Assembly (NCBI GenBank): GCA_963701575.1
Contig: CAVPAQ010000009.1
Location: 14,607 to 78,606 of the forward strand
Source: an uncultured Acidimicrobiaceae bacterium
GTDB taxonomy: Bacteria; Actinomycetota; Acidimicrobiia; Acidimicrobiales; Ilumatobacteraceae
Direction of reading: 5' to 3'
Length of the DNA: 64,000 nt
Shown here piece after piece: positions 1 through 9,609 of the stretch (positions are counted from its first letter, which is position 1; the number at the start of each line of letters is the position of its first letter). A program made the translations under genes and the position numbers. The notes under the pieces were generated by a model, which saw nothing but the letters and a program-made list of their open reading frames with translations, was not told the origin of the DNA and ran no database searches.

Positions 1-772
1 GATAGCGCGCCTCCAACGCCGAGCCGGGCGGGAACAGGAGACGCTCGAGATCGCGGGGAATCGAGATCAGCGATGCTCGACCCGACGGTCGGTGCAAGCT
101 GAACAACATCATCGTGTCGGTCCGGAGACCGGAACGGCCCGGCCCGGCATCGCCGCCGAGCAGCAGCACGTTGGTGACATCCGCGACCAGTCGCGGATCG
201 ACCCCGGAGCGCGGCCGCACCGGCTTCGCCGGCAACGTGGTCGTCGTGGTCGTGCTCTGCGGTGGGACGTACTCGATCGCGCGCTCGGTGGTGGCGGTCG
301 TCAGTGCGATCGTCGTCTCGACGGCGGGTTGGGTCACGACCGTGACCGGCGACGTCGCCGACGCATCGAACAACGGGCGCCCCGACCCGCCGGCGAAGGC
401 CGGTTGGATCGACGCCCGCGCCCGACCGACCTCGACGACACCGAACAGCATCGAGCCGACCACCCCGATCACCAAGGCGACCGCCCAGAGGTCGCGGCCG
501 GCGGGCACATGTTCGTCGCGTACCGCCAGCCACACCTCGCCGGCGGCCACCACCCTGCTCGTCAACGCCAGGATGCCGGCGATCATCACCCACGCCAGAT
601 ATCGACCATCGAGGCTCAGCGCCACCCAATTGCGTCCGGAGAACACGGCGTACGCGGCGACCAACAGCGGTATCACGACCCCCGCGAACAGCAACCCGGC
701 GGCCAACGTCCGCGCTCGGTGACGCAGTCGCCACCCCGGTATCGCAACCGCGAGCGCTACCTCCGACAACAC
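1..772 (-). CDS. LCP (LytR-CpsA-Psr) family cell-wall glycopolymer ligase, 3' end runs off the window
   Basis: Not in the ORF track (no stop in window). Manual minus-strand translation from GTG 772 gives N-terminal hydrophobic segments, then VTNVLLLGGDAGPGRSGLRTDTMMLFS...ASLISIPRD, the LCP signature. Confidence 0.85.
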   Translation of the reverse strand, partial: MLSEVALAVAIPGWRLRHRARTLAAGLLFAGVVIPLLVAAYAVFSGRNWVALSLDGRYLAWVMIAGILALTSRVVAAGEVWLAVRDEHVPAGRDLWAVALVIGVVGSMLFGVVEVGRARASIQPAFAGGSGRPLFDASATSPVTVVTQPAVETTIALTTATTERAIEYVPPQSTTTTTTLPAKPVRPRSGVDPRLVADVTNVLLLGGDAGPGRSGLRTDTMMLFSLHRPSGRASLISIPRDLERLLFPPGSALEARY

Positions 773-777
773 GCCCA

Positions 778-803
778 GTTTCTCCTATCCACGTAGTGTT
801 AAT
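778..803. promoter_or_regulatory. Palindromic operator-like motif upstream of sufC1 (SUF box 1)
   Basis: gTTTctcCTAtccacgTAGTgttAAT; same geometry as the motifs at 20478-20503 and 24544-24569; overlaps the -35 region of a TAGACT -10 at 820-825. Confidence 0.65.
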
Positions 804-832
804 GCAGGCAGGGGCATCGTAGACTCGATGCC

Positions 833-1603
833 ATGACCGATCTGTTCCAGGTCGCCGGCCTGCACGCCCGACCCGCCACCGAACAGGGTGCCACACCAGG
901 CGACGAGATCCTCAAAGGGCTCGACCTGACTGTGCGCTCCGGCGAAGTGCACGCCATCATGGGTCCCAACGGATGCGGCAAGAGCACGCTCGGCAACACG
1001 ATGCTCGGGTCGCCCGAGTACGAGGTCACCGCCGGATCGATCGTGTTCCAGGGCGACGACGTGACCGAATGGCCCGCCGACGAGCGAGCGAAGGCCGGCA
1101 TGTTCCTGGCGTTCCAGTACCCGCAGGAGATCGCCGGCGTCTCGGTCATCCAGTTCCTGCGTCAGGCGCTGTCCGCTCGCAAAGGTCTCGATCTGTCGGT
1201 GCTCGAACTGCGGCTCGCCACGATGGACTGGATGAAGCGCCTCGGCATGGACTCGTCGTTCGTCGACCGCTACCTCAACGAAGGGTTCTCGGGTGGCGAG
1301 AAGAAGCGCAACGAGATCATGCAGATGGCGATTCTCGAACCCGAGCTGGCGATCCTCGACGAGACCGATTCGGGCCTCGACATCGACGCCCTGCGGATCG
1401 TCGCCCAGGGCATTCGCGAGGTCCGGGCGGAACGTCCCGAGATGGGCGTCATCCTGATCACGCACTACCAGCGACTGCTCGACGAGATCCGACCCGACCA
1501 TGTGCACATCATGGTCGATGGACGCATCGTCCAGTCGGGTGGGATGGAGCTCGTCGAGCAGCTCGAACGCGACGGGTACGACGCGTTCCGGGCCCCCGCC
1601 TGA
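833..1603 (+). CDS. sufC: Fe-S cluster assembly ATPase SufC (copy 1, canonical)
   Basis: GPNGCGKST Walker A, FLAFQYP Q-loop, FSGGEKKRNE, LDETDSGLDIDAL, ITHY; next to sufS/sufU. Confidence 0.95.
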   Translation: MTDLFQVAGLHARPATEQGATPGDEILKGLDLTVRSGEVHAIMGPNGCGKSTLGNTMLGSPEYEVTAGSIVFQGDDVTEWPADERAKAGMFLAFQYPQEIAGVSVIQFLRQALSARKGLDLSVLELRLATMDWMKRLGMDSSFVDRYLNEGFSGGEKKRNEIMQMAILEPELAILDETDSGLDIDALRIVAQGIREVRAERPEMGVILITHYQRLLDEIRPDHVHIMVDGRIVQSGGMELVEQLERDGYDAFRAPA

Positions 1604-1619
1604 GGGCACGTCGCCTGCC

Positions 1620-2864
1620 ATGGACCCGATGACGACCGTCGACTGGAGTTCGGTTCGCGACGACTTCCCGATCCTGCGTCGCGAAATCGACGGCAGGCCG
1701 ATCGTGTACCTCGACTCGGGAAACACCTCGCAGAAACCTCGCCAGGTCATCGAGGCGATGGACCACTTCATGCGGACCTCGTATGCCCCGATCAACCGCA
1801 GCGCCTACCGGCTGGCCGGCGAGGCGACCGATTGGTTCGAGGGCGCGCGTGCCGCCGTCGCCCGGTTCGTCAATGCGCCGTCGCCGGACGAGATCGTGTT
1901 CACGAAGAACGCCACCGAGGCGCTCAACCTGGTGGCCGCGTCGTGGGGCGGAGCCAACCTCGGCCCCGGAGATGCCGTCGTGCTCACCCACATGGAGCAT
2001 CACGCCAACATCGTGCCGTGGCAGATGTCGGCCGCCAAGCAGGGCTTCGAACTGCGGTGGGTGCCGCTCACGTCAGACGGGCAGCTCGACCTCACCGATC
2101 TGGATCGGCTGCTCAGCGGGGCCAAGGCGTTCTCGTTCACCGCGATGAGCAACGTGCTCGGCACCATCCCACCGGTCGGCCGCCTCGTCCGGGCCGCACA
2201 CGAGGCCGGCGCGATCGCAATCGTCGATGCCTGCCAGTACGTGCCGCACAACGTCACCGACGTGCAGGCGTGGGACGCGGACTTCGTCGCCTTCTCCAGT
2301 CACAAGATGTGCGGGCCGTCGGGCGTCGGGGCCCTGTGGGGCCGGATGGAGCTGCTCGACGCGATCCCTCCGTACATCGGCGGAGGCAACATGATCGCCG
2401 ACGTCCGGCTCGACGGCTTCAGCACGGCACCGGTTCCGGCCAAGTTCGAGGCAGGCACCCCACCGATCGTCGAAGTGATCGGCTTCGGCGCCGCAGTCGA
2501 GTACCTCGAGTCGATCGGCATGGCTGCGGTACGCCAACACGAGATGGACCTCACCCGCTACGCGATCGACACGCTCGTCGGTCGATACGGCGACGACATC
2601 AAGATCCAGGGCCCCGACAACATCGAGGTCCGAGGCGGCGTGCTCAGCTTCGCATTCCGCGACATCCATCCCCACGACATCAGCCAGGTGCTCGACGAGC
2701 GCAACGTGTGTGTACGCGCCGGGCACCACTGCGCCAAGCCACTGATGCGGGTGCTGGGTGTCAACGCGACCGCGCGGGCCAGCCTGTATCTGTACAACGA
2801 CCGCTCCGACGTCGACGCACTGGCTGACGCGCTCGACGGCGCGACCGATATCTTCGGTTTCTGA
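1620..2864 (+). CDS. sufS: Cysteine desulfurase SufS
   Basis: DFPIL, YLDSGNTSQKP, EHHANIVPWQ, SSHKMCGP (PLP Lys), RAGHHCA (catalytic Cys); start trimmed to ATG 1620. Confidence 0.95.
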   Translation: MDPMTTVDWSSVRDDFPILRREIDGRPIVYLDSGNTSQKPRQVIEAMDHFMRTSYAPINRSAYRLAGEATDWFEGARAAVARFVNAPSPDEIVFTKNATEALNLVAASWGGANLGPGDAVVLTHMEHHANIVPWQMSAAKQGFELRWVPLTSDGQLDLTDLDRLLSGAKAFSFTAMSNVLGTIPPVGRLVRAAHEAGAIAIVDACQYVPHNVTDVQAWDADFVAFSSHKMCGPSGVGALWGRMELLDAIPPYIGGGNMIADVRLDGFSTAPVPAKFEAGTPPIVEVIGFGAAVEYLESIGMAAVRQHEMDLTRYAIDTLVGRYGDDIKIQGPDNIEVRGGVLSFAFRDIHPHDISQVLDERNVCVRAGHHCAKPLMRVLGVNATARASLYLYNDRSDVDALADALDGATDIFGF

Positions 2865-2882
2865 CCAACCTCGGGAGACACC

Positions 2883-3353
2883 ATGCCTGGCCTCGAAGAC
2901 CTCTATCGAGAGATCATCCTCGATCACTATCGCTCGCCTCGCAATCGCGGCGAACTGGCGGTGCCTCCCGCCCGCCACGCCGAGGGTCACAATCCACTGT
3001 GCGGCGACGAGATCATGGTCTACCTCGACATCGCCTCCGAGGACGGGATCGACGTCGTGAGCGATGTCAAGGTCAGTGGGCAGGGCTGCTCGATCTCGCA
3101 GTCGTCGGCGTCGATGATGAGCGCCGCCGTCAAGGGCAGACCGGTGACGCAGGTGAGGGCCCTCGTCAAGCAGTTCAAGGGCATGATGTCGATCGATACC
3201 GGCGACGACGGTCAGCCGGCCGAGGACGTGCCCTTGGGCGATCTCGAGGCGCTCCAGGGCGTCGTCAAGTTCCCGGTGCGCATCAAGTGCGCCACGCTCG
3301 CGTGGAACACCCTGCTCGAGGCGCTCGACGCACCAGTGCCCTCTGATTCCTGA
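2883..3353 (+). CDS. sufU: SUF system sulfur-transfer protein SufU
   Basis: LYREIILDHY, NPLCGD, GCSISQSSAS, RIKCATLAW. Confidence 0.95.
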   Translation: MPGLEDLYREIILDHYRSPRNRGELAVPPARHAEGHNPLCGDEIMVYLDIASEDGIDVVSDVKVSGQGCSISQSSASMMSAAVKGRPVTQVRALVKQFKGMMSIDTGDDGQPAEDVPLGDLEALQGVVKFPVRIKCATLAWNTLLEALDAPVPSDS

Positions 3354-3384
3354 TCGCCATGGCGCACCTGCCACAGTCGAGGCG

Positions 3385-4074
3385 GTGAGCGACCTTCCCC
3401 TGACCGACGATCCGGCGGCGATCCAAGCAGCCCGCGCCCGGGCCGGCAAGGCGATCCGCGACATCGGTCACGCCTTCATCGGACGTCACGCGACCCTCGA
3501 GCAGATCAACCGACTGAGCGACGTGCTCGAATCGATCTCCGCCGAACTGTGGCCGGGCGAGCAGCGCACTCGCGGCCAGCGCGACTTCGCCGACGATCAG
3601 CAAGCCGACCTCCCGCAGGGTCGCTTCGTCACGACCTTCGACGACCGACCCGTTTCCGGGCGTTCGTCGCCGTGGGGGCTCGATCTCGACCTCCACCGTC
3701 ACGGCGACGAGATCGAGGCACTCGTGACGCTTCGCTCCGCTCACGAAGGGGCCCCGAACCGCAGTCATGGCGGCGTCGTGTCGGCGCTGTTCGACGACGT
3801 GTTCGGGTATGTCCTGGGCGTCATCCACCAGCCGGCGTTCACCGGCGATCTCTACGTGCGGTATCACTCCCCCACTCCCCTGTTCCGAGAGTTGGCCTGC
3901 CGCGTCCGGCTCTCCGAGCGTCAGGGCCGCAAGCTGCTGCTCACCGGCGAGCTCACCGACACCGAATCAGGCCAAGTCGTCGCAACGGCGAAAGCGACCT
4001 TCATCGCCGTCGACCCCGCCTTGTTCAAGGCGCTCACGGCCGAGCGCCCGCCGCCGCCCGACGAGAGTGTGTGA
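3385..4074 (+). CDS. PaaI-like hot-dog fold thioesterase
   Basis: HEGAPNRSHGGVVSALFDD hot-dog motif. Confidence 0.8.
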   Translation: MSDLPLTDDPAAIQAARARAGKAIRDIGHAFIGRHATLEQINRLSDVLESISAELWPGEQRTRGQRDFADDQQADLPQGRFVTTFDDRPVSGRSSPWGLDLDLHRHGDEIEALVTLRSAHEGAPNRSHGGVVSALFDDVFGYVLGVIHQPAFTGDLYVRYHSPTPLFRELACRVRLSERQGRKLLLTGELTDTESGQVVATAKATFIAVDPALFKALTAERPPPPDESV

Positions 4075-4083
4075 ACGAACAGC

Positions 4084-5145
4084 GTGATCAAGTACCTGGG
4101 CTCCAAGCGGCGGCTGGTCCCCGTGTTGACCGAGCTGTTCCAGCTCTCGGGCGCCGAGACGGCTCTCGATCTGTTCACGGGCACCACCCGCGTGGCACAA
4201 GCCTTCAAGCAGTACGGTGGCCATGTCACCGCCGTCGACACCGCCCGCTACTCCGAGGTCTTCGGCCGCACCTGGATCGAGACGGATGCCGACACGTTCG
4301 ATCACCGAGCGCTCGCCGACGCGCTGGCCGATCTGAACGCGCTGCCGGGCTCACCCGGCTACGTGACCGAAACGTTCTGCGTGCAGTCGAGGTTCTTCCA
4401 ACCTCACAACGGCGAACGGATCGACGCGATCCGCGACGCGATCGCCCGCGATCACGCCGGCACGGCGCTCGAGCCGATCCTGCTCACCAGCCTGCTGCTG
4501 GCCGCCGACAAGGTCGACTCGACCGCCGGGTTGCAGATGGCGTATATCAAGCAGTGGGCACCTCGGTCGTACAAGCCGCTCGAGATGGTGGCGCCGAAAC
4601 TGTTGTCGGGTTCGGGGCGTGCCGTTCGGGGCGACGCCACCGAGCTGGCCGCCGGCCTGGGTCGATTCGATCTGGCCTATCTCGACCCGCCGTACAACCA
4701 GCATCGCTACTTCACCAACTACCACGTGTGGGAGACGATCGTGGCGTGGGACGACCCCGAGTACTACGGCGTGGCCTGCAAGCGCGTCGACGCCCGTGAC
4801 GACGACACCAAGAGCGTCTTCAACCGCAAGCGCCAGATGCCCGATGCCTTGCGGCGCACGATCGCCGCCGTCGATGCCGAGGTCGTCGTGGTGTCGTACA
4901 ACGACGAGTCGTGGGTGGCGCTCGGCCACCTGTGCGAGATGTGCGCGGCACACGGAGACGTCGAGGCGCTGGCATTCGACTCCAAGCGCTACATCGGCGC
5001 CCAGATCGGCATCCACGACCCATCGGGCAACAAGGTCGGCGAGGTCAGCCACACCCGCAACCTCGAATACGTCGTGTTGGCCGGCCCGGCTGACACACTG
5101 AACTCGATGACGAAGCCGTTCGAGGCTGCGATCGTCAGGACCTGA
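4084..5145 (+). CDS. N6-adenine DNA methyltransferase (D12/Dam-like class), orphan
   Basis: KYLGSK, DLFTGT (SAM binding), YLDPPY catalytic motif; no restriction endonuclease alongside. Confidence 0.9.
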   Translation: MIKYLGSKRRLVPVLTELFQLSGAETALDLFTGTTRVAQAFKQYGGHVTAVDTARYSEVFGRTWIETDADTFDHRALADALADLNALPGSPGYVTETFCVQSRFFQPHNGERIDAIRDAIARDHAGTALEPILLTSLLLAADKVDSTAGLQMAYIKQWAPRSYKPLEMVAPKLLSGSGRAVRGDATELAAGLGRFDLAYLDPPYNQHRYFTNYHVWETIVAWDDPEYYGVACKRVDARDDDTKSVFNRKRQMPDALRRTIAAVDAEVVVVSYNDESWVALGHLCEMCAAHGDVEALAFDSKRYIGAQIGIHDPSGNKVGEVSHTRNLEYVVLAGPADTLNSMTKPFEAAIVRT

Positions 5146-5452
5146 GGCCGAAGCTACGCGCAAGCTCTCGGCAACCCGAGTGCCGATCAGCGTCGTCGCA
5201 CATGTCGCACCGATCGCGTCACGAGTAGTCGTCGGGCGGCAGTTCGGTCGACGATGTCGATCCGGGCCAGGTCCTACCCGACGCAGGTGAAGTAGGCGAG
5301 CGCCGAAGGCAGAGATCTGACGCGTCCCCACCGGCACTGATGCCAGTGGTTGGTGAGGAACACGAGCCTTCGTCGATCACGGCGTGCCACCGGAGGCAGG
5401 CCCGAGGGTGTTCTGGACCGTACTGGACGGCTCGACGGGCCTGTGACTCCCT

Positions 5453-6184
5453 TCACCCCAGGAGGGCGAGGTCCCGCCGGACGTAGCGCAGGTGCGCCCA
5501 CTCCTCCTCCAGGATCACGCGCACGCAATCACCGACGGTGGGATGCCAGTCCCCGCCGCCCCACGGGTTGTCGCGCTCCTCGGCGAGCAGCTCCGGCGTG
5601 GCAGTGGCCAGGAATTCGGTCACGAGCTGCTGCCGCTCGGCTCGCACCGCGAGGATGTCCTCGAACGCCGGAGCGTCGGTCCGGAAGATCGACATGTCGA
5701 AGCCCATCTCGGCTGCACCGGTGAAGATCAGGCCGATCTCGTGGAACGGCTGCTCGATACCCATGATCCCGCCGCGGAGCCAGGCATCGGTCGCCAGCAC
5801 GAGGTGGCGCAGGGTCTGGGCCAGCGACCACTCGCCCTCGACGTGGGCGTCGACCAGTTCCGGTGGCGTGTCCGTCACCGTCGTCGCCCACGCGGCTTGC
5901 ACCGCCACCCAACCGTCGCGCAGGCCCTCGGGCGTCTGTGCCTTCTGGAGCTCGCGGCCGGGGAACTGCCGGTTGAGCTCGGCATCGACGAACGGCACCA
6001 CGTCGACGCCGTTGACGACGAGGCTGCCGAAGAACAGGTCATGGCTGTCGATGTCGAGCCCGCCGACGTCGACGCTGCGCATCGTCATCCCGCTGACGTC
6101 GCACGATCTCAGGGTGGCGCCCCGAAAGCTCGTCCCGACGAATGTTGCGCCCACGAACTCCTGGGTACCGGAATAGATCGTCAT
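5453..6184 (-). CDS. DinB-family protein with N-terminal pentapeptide-like repeats
   Basis: N-terminal FVGATFVGTSFRGATL repeats; WSLAQTLRHL and EEEWAH metal-binding His pattern. Confidence 0.8.
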   Translation of the reverse strand: MTIYSGTQEFVGATFVGTSFRGATLRSCDVSGMTMRSVDVGGLDIDSHDLFFGSLVVNGVDVVPFVDAELNRQFPGRELQKAQTPEGLRDGWVAVQAAWATTVTDTPPELVDAHVEGEWSLAQTLRHLVLATDAWLRGGIMGIEQPFHEIGLIFTGAAEMGFDMSIFRTDAPAFEDILAVRAERQQLVTEFLATATPELLAEERDNPWGGGDWHPTVGDCVRVILEEEWAHLRYVRRDLALLG

Positions 6185-6274
6185 TCCTGCATTCTGCCCT
6201 TCGACGGTGACAGCTGCAGCACTTGAGCCGCCCGCGATCCGGCCAAACGCGCCACTGGCCGGCCGAACAGCATT

Positions 6275-6393
6275 TCACACAACGCGCTCTTCTGGGAATC
6301 GGCGTCTCGTCGACAGCGTCTCGTCGCGTTCCAACACGACGATCGTGTTCGACACCTTGTGCGATCGAGACCAATCACGACTTCGTTCAACAT
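6275..6393 (-). pseudogene. Frameshifted, truncated IS110-family transposase N-terminus
   Basis: SD-like GAAGGGAAA, then ATG 6393: MLNEVVIGLD; after a 1-nt loss (GAT-CG-CAC) it reads HKVSNTIVVLERDETLSTRRRFP. Restored, this is the IS110 IGxDPHK..NT N-terminal motif; stop at 6277. Confidence 0.65.
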
Positions 6394-6530
6394 CGCAGTT
6401 TCCCTTCTCTCGGGGCAGGTTGGTGCGACGGAGCAGGGCAACGCCTCTTTGAGCAGTGCGGATCTCTCTTCAGCCACGAACCCGTCTCGAGGTTCAGGCC
6501 GCAAGCCGAAAACAGAGCGACGCCGCACGG
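6394..6530 (-). mobile_element. Putative non-coding end of the degenerate IS110 element
   Basis: Non-coding stretch immediately upstream of the transposase remnant; outer boundary approximate. Confidence 0.4.
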
Positions 6531-6676
6531 CCGGTATCGCCGGGGCGTGCAGCAGACCCCCGGAAACCTGATGATCGGTGGAGGCGGCCCGTCGCGACGC
6601 GCTCCGGCGTGGTGTTCAGCTCGACGGGTGCGCATCGTGGCGGAAGTGCGTGTTCGGTGCGCTCTAGGTTGTCGAC

Positions 6677-7810
6677 GTGACGGCTTGGACCGGGGAAGCG
6701 TTGACCTACGAGACGATGGTTCGCCAGGGGCTGTCGTCGCGCCGACCGGTCGGGGTGACCGACGCCGTGCGATCGGTGCTGGCGCTGCAGGCCCAGGAAC
6801 CGGCCGCGCCGTATCTGGCGCTGTGGAATCGCATCGAGGGCTTCGACGCGAACGATCTCGACCGGGCGTTCGCCGACGGTGCGATCGTGAAGGCGTCACT
6901 GTTCCGGTTCACGCTGCACGCCGTCGACGCGGACGACATCCCGTGGGCGAGGGCCGCCATGCGGAGTCGCGTGCGCGACGCCGGATACCACGATGTCCTC
7001 GACGACATCGGGCTCACTGCGCAACGGGTCGACGAGCTGCTCGAGCGGCTGTCGACGGTGATCTCCGAACCGCACGACAACGCCGACATGGAACGGGTGC
7101 TCTCCGAGTTCGTTCCCGAGGCCGACGACCCGGCCCGACTCTGGTCGGCGCTGCGCGCTGTCGGCGCCTTCCGGCACGCTTCGACGACCGACCCCTGGTC
7201 GTTCGGCCGACGCCCGGCCTTCGTGCCCTGCACGGTTGCCGCCGGTGACGAACCAGCCGCAACCGCGAAACTCGTGCGTCGCTACCTCAAGGCGTTCGGG
7301 CCGGCGACGGTCGCCGACTTGTCGCAGTTCACGATCCTCAAGCGGTCGGCCCTCCGGGAGGTCGTCGAGTCGATGGCCGACGTCGTCGCCGTCGCCGGGC
7401 CGGACGGAGCGCAGCTCGTTGATGTGAACGGTGGCGGTCCCCGACCGGAAGCCGAGATGGCAACGCTCCCGCCGCGGCTGCTGGGGATGTGGGACAGCGT
7501 GCTGCTCGCGTACGCGGACCGCTCCCGCGTAATCCCCGACGAGCACCGTCCGCACGTCATCCGGCGAAACGGCGATGTCCTCCCGACCGTCCTGGTCGAG
7601 GGTCTCGTGCGGGGTGTCTGGCGGGCTTCGGCCGACGCGATCGAGGTCCGAGCGCTGGAACCGCTGGACGATGCGACCCTTGAGAGTCTGGACGACGAGG
7701 CGCGTGATCTGCGACGACTCCTGGCCGATCGCGAGCCCACCGTGTTCTCACGATTCGGGCGGTGGTGGGATCGCCTGCCCGACGGTCCGACGATCACGAT
7801 CGGATCCTGA
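6677..7810 (+). CDS. AlkZ-like (HTH_42) winged-helix DNA glycosylase
   Basis: LQAQ catalytic QxQ motif, RFTLH, LVRRYLKAFGPAT, LLGMWDSVLLAYADRSR; TAGGTT -10 six nt before GTG. Confidence 0.85.
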   Translation: MTAWTGEALTYETMVRQGLSSRRPVGVTDAVRSVLALQAQEPAAPYLALWNRIEGFDANDLDRAFADGAIVKASLFRFTLHAVDADDIPWARAAMRSRVRDAGYHDVLDDIGLTAQRVDELLERLSTVISEPHDNADMERVLSEFVPEADDPARLWSALRAVGAFRHASTTDPWSFGRRPAFVPCTVAAGDEPAATAKLVRRYLKAFGPATVADLSQFTILKRSALREVVESMADVVAVAGPDGAQLVDVNGGGPRPEAEMATLPPRLLGMWDSVLLAYADRSRVIPDEHRPHVIRRNGDVLPTVLVEGLVRGVWRASADAIEVRALEPLDDATLESLDDEARDLRRLLADREPTVFSRFGRWWDRLPDGPTITIGS

Positions 7811-7812
7811 AC

Positions 7813-7850
7813 GCGGGCGAGTCCGGGGGCGCCAGCCGCGGGCTCGCCTG
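7813..7850 (+). terminator. GC-rich hairpin after the alkZ-like gene
   Basis: cgggcgagtccg...cgggctcgcctg arms pair with G-U pairs, directly after the stop. Confidence 0.35.
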
Positions 7851-8188
7851 TTGAGCGTCAGTTCAACGGTTCGGTGGACGGCCAGCCGCACAGAACGAGC
7901 GCTCCGCAATCCGGTCGCCGCCGACGAGCACGCGCTGCATCCCAGCCCTACTGCAGCGTTACATGATCGCGGGTGAACTTCGGCGGAAAGGCCTCCCTAA
8001 TCGGCCGCGACCGACGCAGGCGACAAGCGCGCCGAGTCACATGCGAGACCGGAGGTGGCCATCCCGACACCACGGTTTCCGATTCATTGGCGACTCGGAC
8101 GTGGGCCCGGAACTGTGTCACACCCCTGTGTGCATGATCTCCGTATTCCGGCTTCCCCTTCATGACCGCTGAGTGATGGAGACAACTG

Positions 8189-9412
8189 ATGAGTCCTCCC
8201 GACACCGACACCGTGTTCGCGGTGTTGCGTGCGGCCGATCCCGATGTGATGGATCGTGACGAGTTGGCCGAGGTGACTGGTCAACTCGCCCAGCTGGAAG
8301 CCTGGTGCAGTGCGTTCAAGGTCCGCGTGGCCCGACGCCAACGCCACCTCGCGGCCGAGGGTCGCGCCGAACCATCTCGAGATCTGCTGAGCCGCCACGG
8401 CCGACAATCGTCGAAAGATGCCAAGACTGCGGCCGAGCGTGAACAGGTCTGCAGCTCGCTGCCGGCATTCGAAGCCGCCTTGGCCGCCGGCGCGGTCTCT
8501 GCCGGTCACGTCGACGCGATCGCGCATGCCACCCGCAACCTCGACGACCAACTCCTCGCCGAGTTCCACGCCTGCCACCAGGATCTGTTGACCGATGCCG
8601 GCAAGCAGAGCGTCGACGTGTTCGAACGCAGCTGCCGCGACCTCGCCAGACACCTCACAGCGCGCGCTGCCGCTGCATCGGATGCCGACGAACTCGACCA
8701 GCAACGCCAACGATCTCGGGTACGACGCTGGGTCGACAAGCAAACCGGGATGTGCCACACCCATCTCGAGCTCGACCCGATCCGCGACCGCGCACTGTGG
8801 GCAGCGATCGATTCCGCTCGCGCCAAGCTCCGTCAACAAGACGGCAATCGCCGCACACCCTGGACGCAACTCGAAGTCGACGCCGTGATCGCCGCCATCG
8901 GCGGTGCCGGCGACCGGATCCCCGAGATCACCGTGCTGATCGACCACCGCTCACTCATCGATGGTGCTCACGCTCGATCGATCTGCGAAACCGACAACGG
9001 CATCCCACTACCGATCTCCACGATGCGCCGCCTGTGTTGCGACGCCGAGATCCTTCCCGTCGTGTTGAACGGTGCCGGTGAAGTGCTCGACGTGGGACGC
9101 TCCGCCCGCACCGCCACCCGAACCCAACGCCGTGCCCTCCGCGCCATGCACCGCACCTGCGCCCACCCCGACTGCACCGTCGCCTACGACGCCTGCCGCA
9201 TCCACCACATCATCGCCTGGCTCCGCCACGGCAACACCGACATCTCGAACCTGCTGCCTCTCTGCGAAACCCACCATCACATGGTTCACGAAGGCGGCTG
9301 GCAACTCACCATGGCCCCCGACCGAACCGCCACCTGGACCCGACCCGACGGCACCCACCACCACACTGGCCCCACCAACGACCGAACGCCGGCCCGAACC
9401 CCGGCGGCCTGA
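8189..9412 (+). CDS. DUF222 (13E12-repeat family) HNH endonuclease, copy 1
   Basis: RRLCCDA, LDVGRSAR, CAHPDC...HHIIAW...NLLPLCETHHHMVH HNH/Zn motif. Confidence 0.9.
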   Translation: MSPPDTDTVFAVLRAADPDVMDRDELAEVTGQLAQLEAWCSAFKVRVARRQRHLAAEGRAEPSRDLLSRHGRQSSKDAKTAAEREQVCSSLPAFEAALAAGAVSAGHVDAIAHATRNLDDQLLAEFHACHQDLLTDAGKQSVDVFERSCRDLARHLTARAAAASDADELDQQRQRSRVRRWVDKQTGMCHTHLELDPIRDRALWAAIDSARAKLRQQDGNRRTPWTQLEVDAVIAAIGGAGDRIPEITVLIDHRSLIDGAHARSICETDNGIPLPISTMRRLCCDAEILPVVLNGAGEVLDVGRSARTATRTQRRALRAMHRTCAHPDCTVAYDACRIHHIIAWLRHGNTDISNLLPLCETHHHMVHEGGWQLTMAPDRTATWTRPDGTHHHTGPTNDRTPARTPAA

Positions 9413-9565
9413 TTCGTCCCATCCGACATCGACTGCGGCGGACGATGACCACCTGACATTGCTGGGCGCCGTGCGATTCGAGCGCGTCGGCCGGCCATCG
9501 GCCTGATCACACCAGCTGCCCCAAACCGGAGCGATGACGCCGACCACCTCGACATCGACGCGCCC

Positions 9566-9590
9566 GCATGGAGATCGAAGATCTCCATGC
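9566..9590. terminator. Perfect 11-bp hairpin between convergent genes
   Basis: GCATGGAGATC-gaa-GATCTCCATGC. Confidence 0.6.
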
Positions 9591-9609
9591 TCAACGCGGC
9601 GCGGCCTCC

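Noticed and set aside
92-796. Plus-strand ORFs 92..796 and 114..722
   Set aside because: Shadows of the minus-strand LCP gene.
5146-5452. Possible decayed gene or ncRNA (minus strand LVFLTNHW...LAYFTCVG*DLARIDIV)
   Set aside because: No recognisable family, start or convincing structure.
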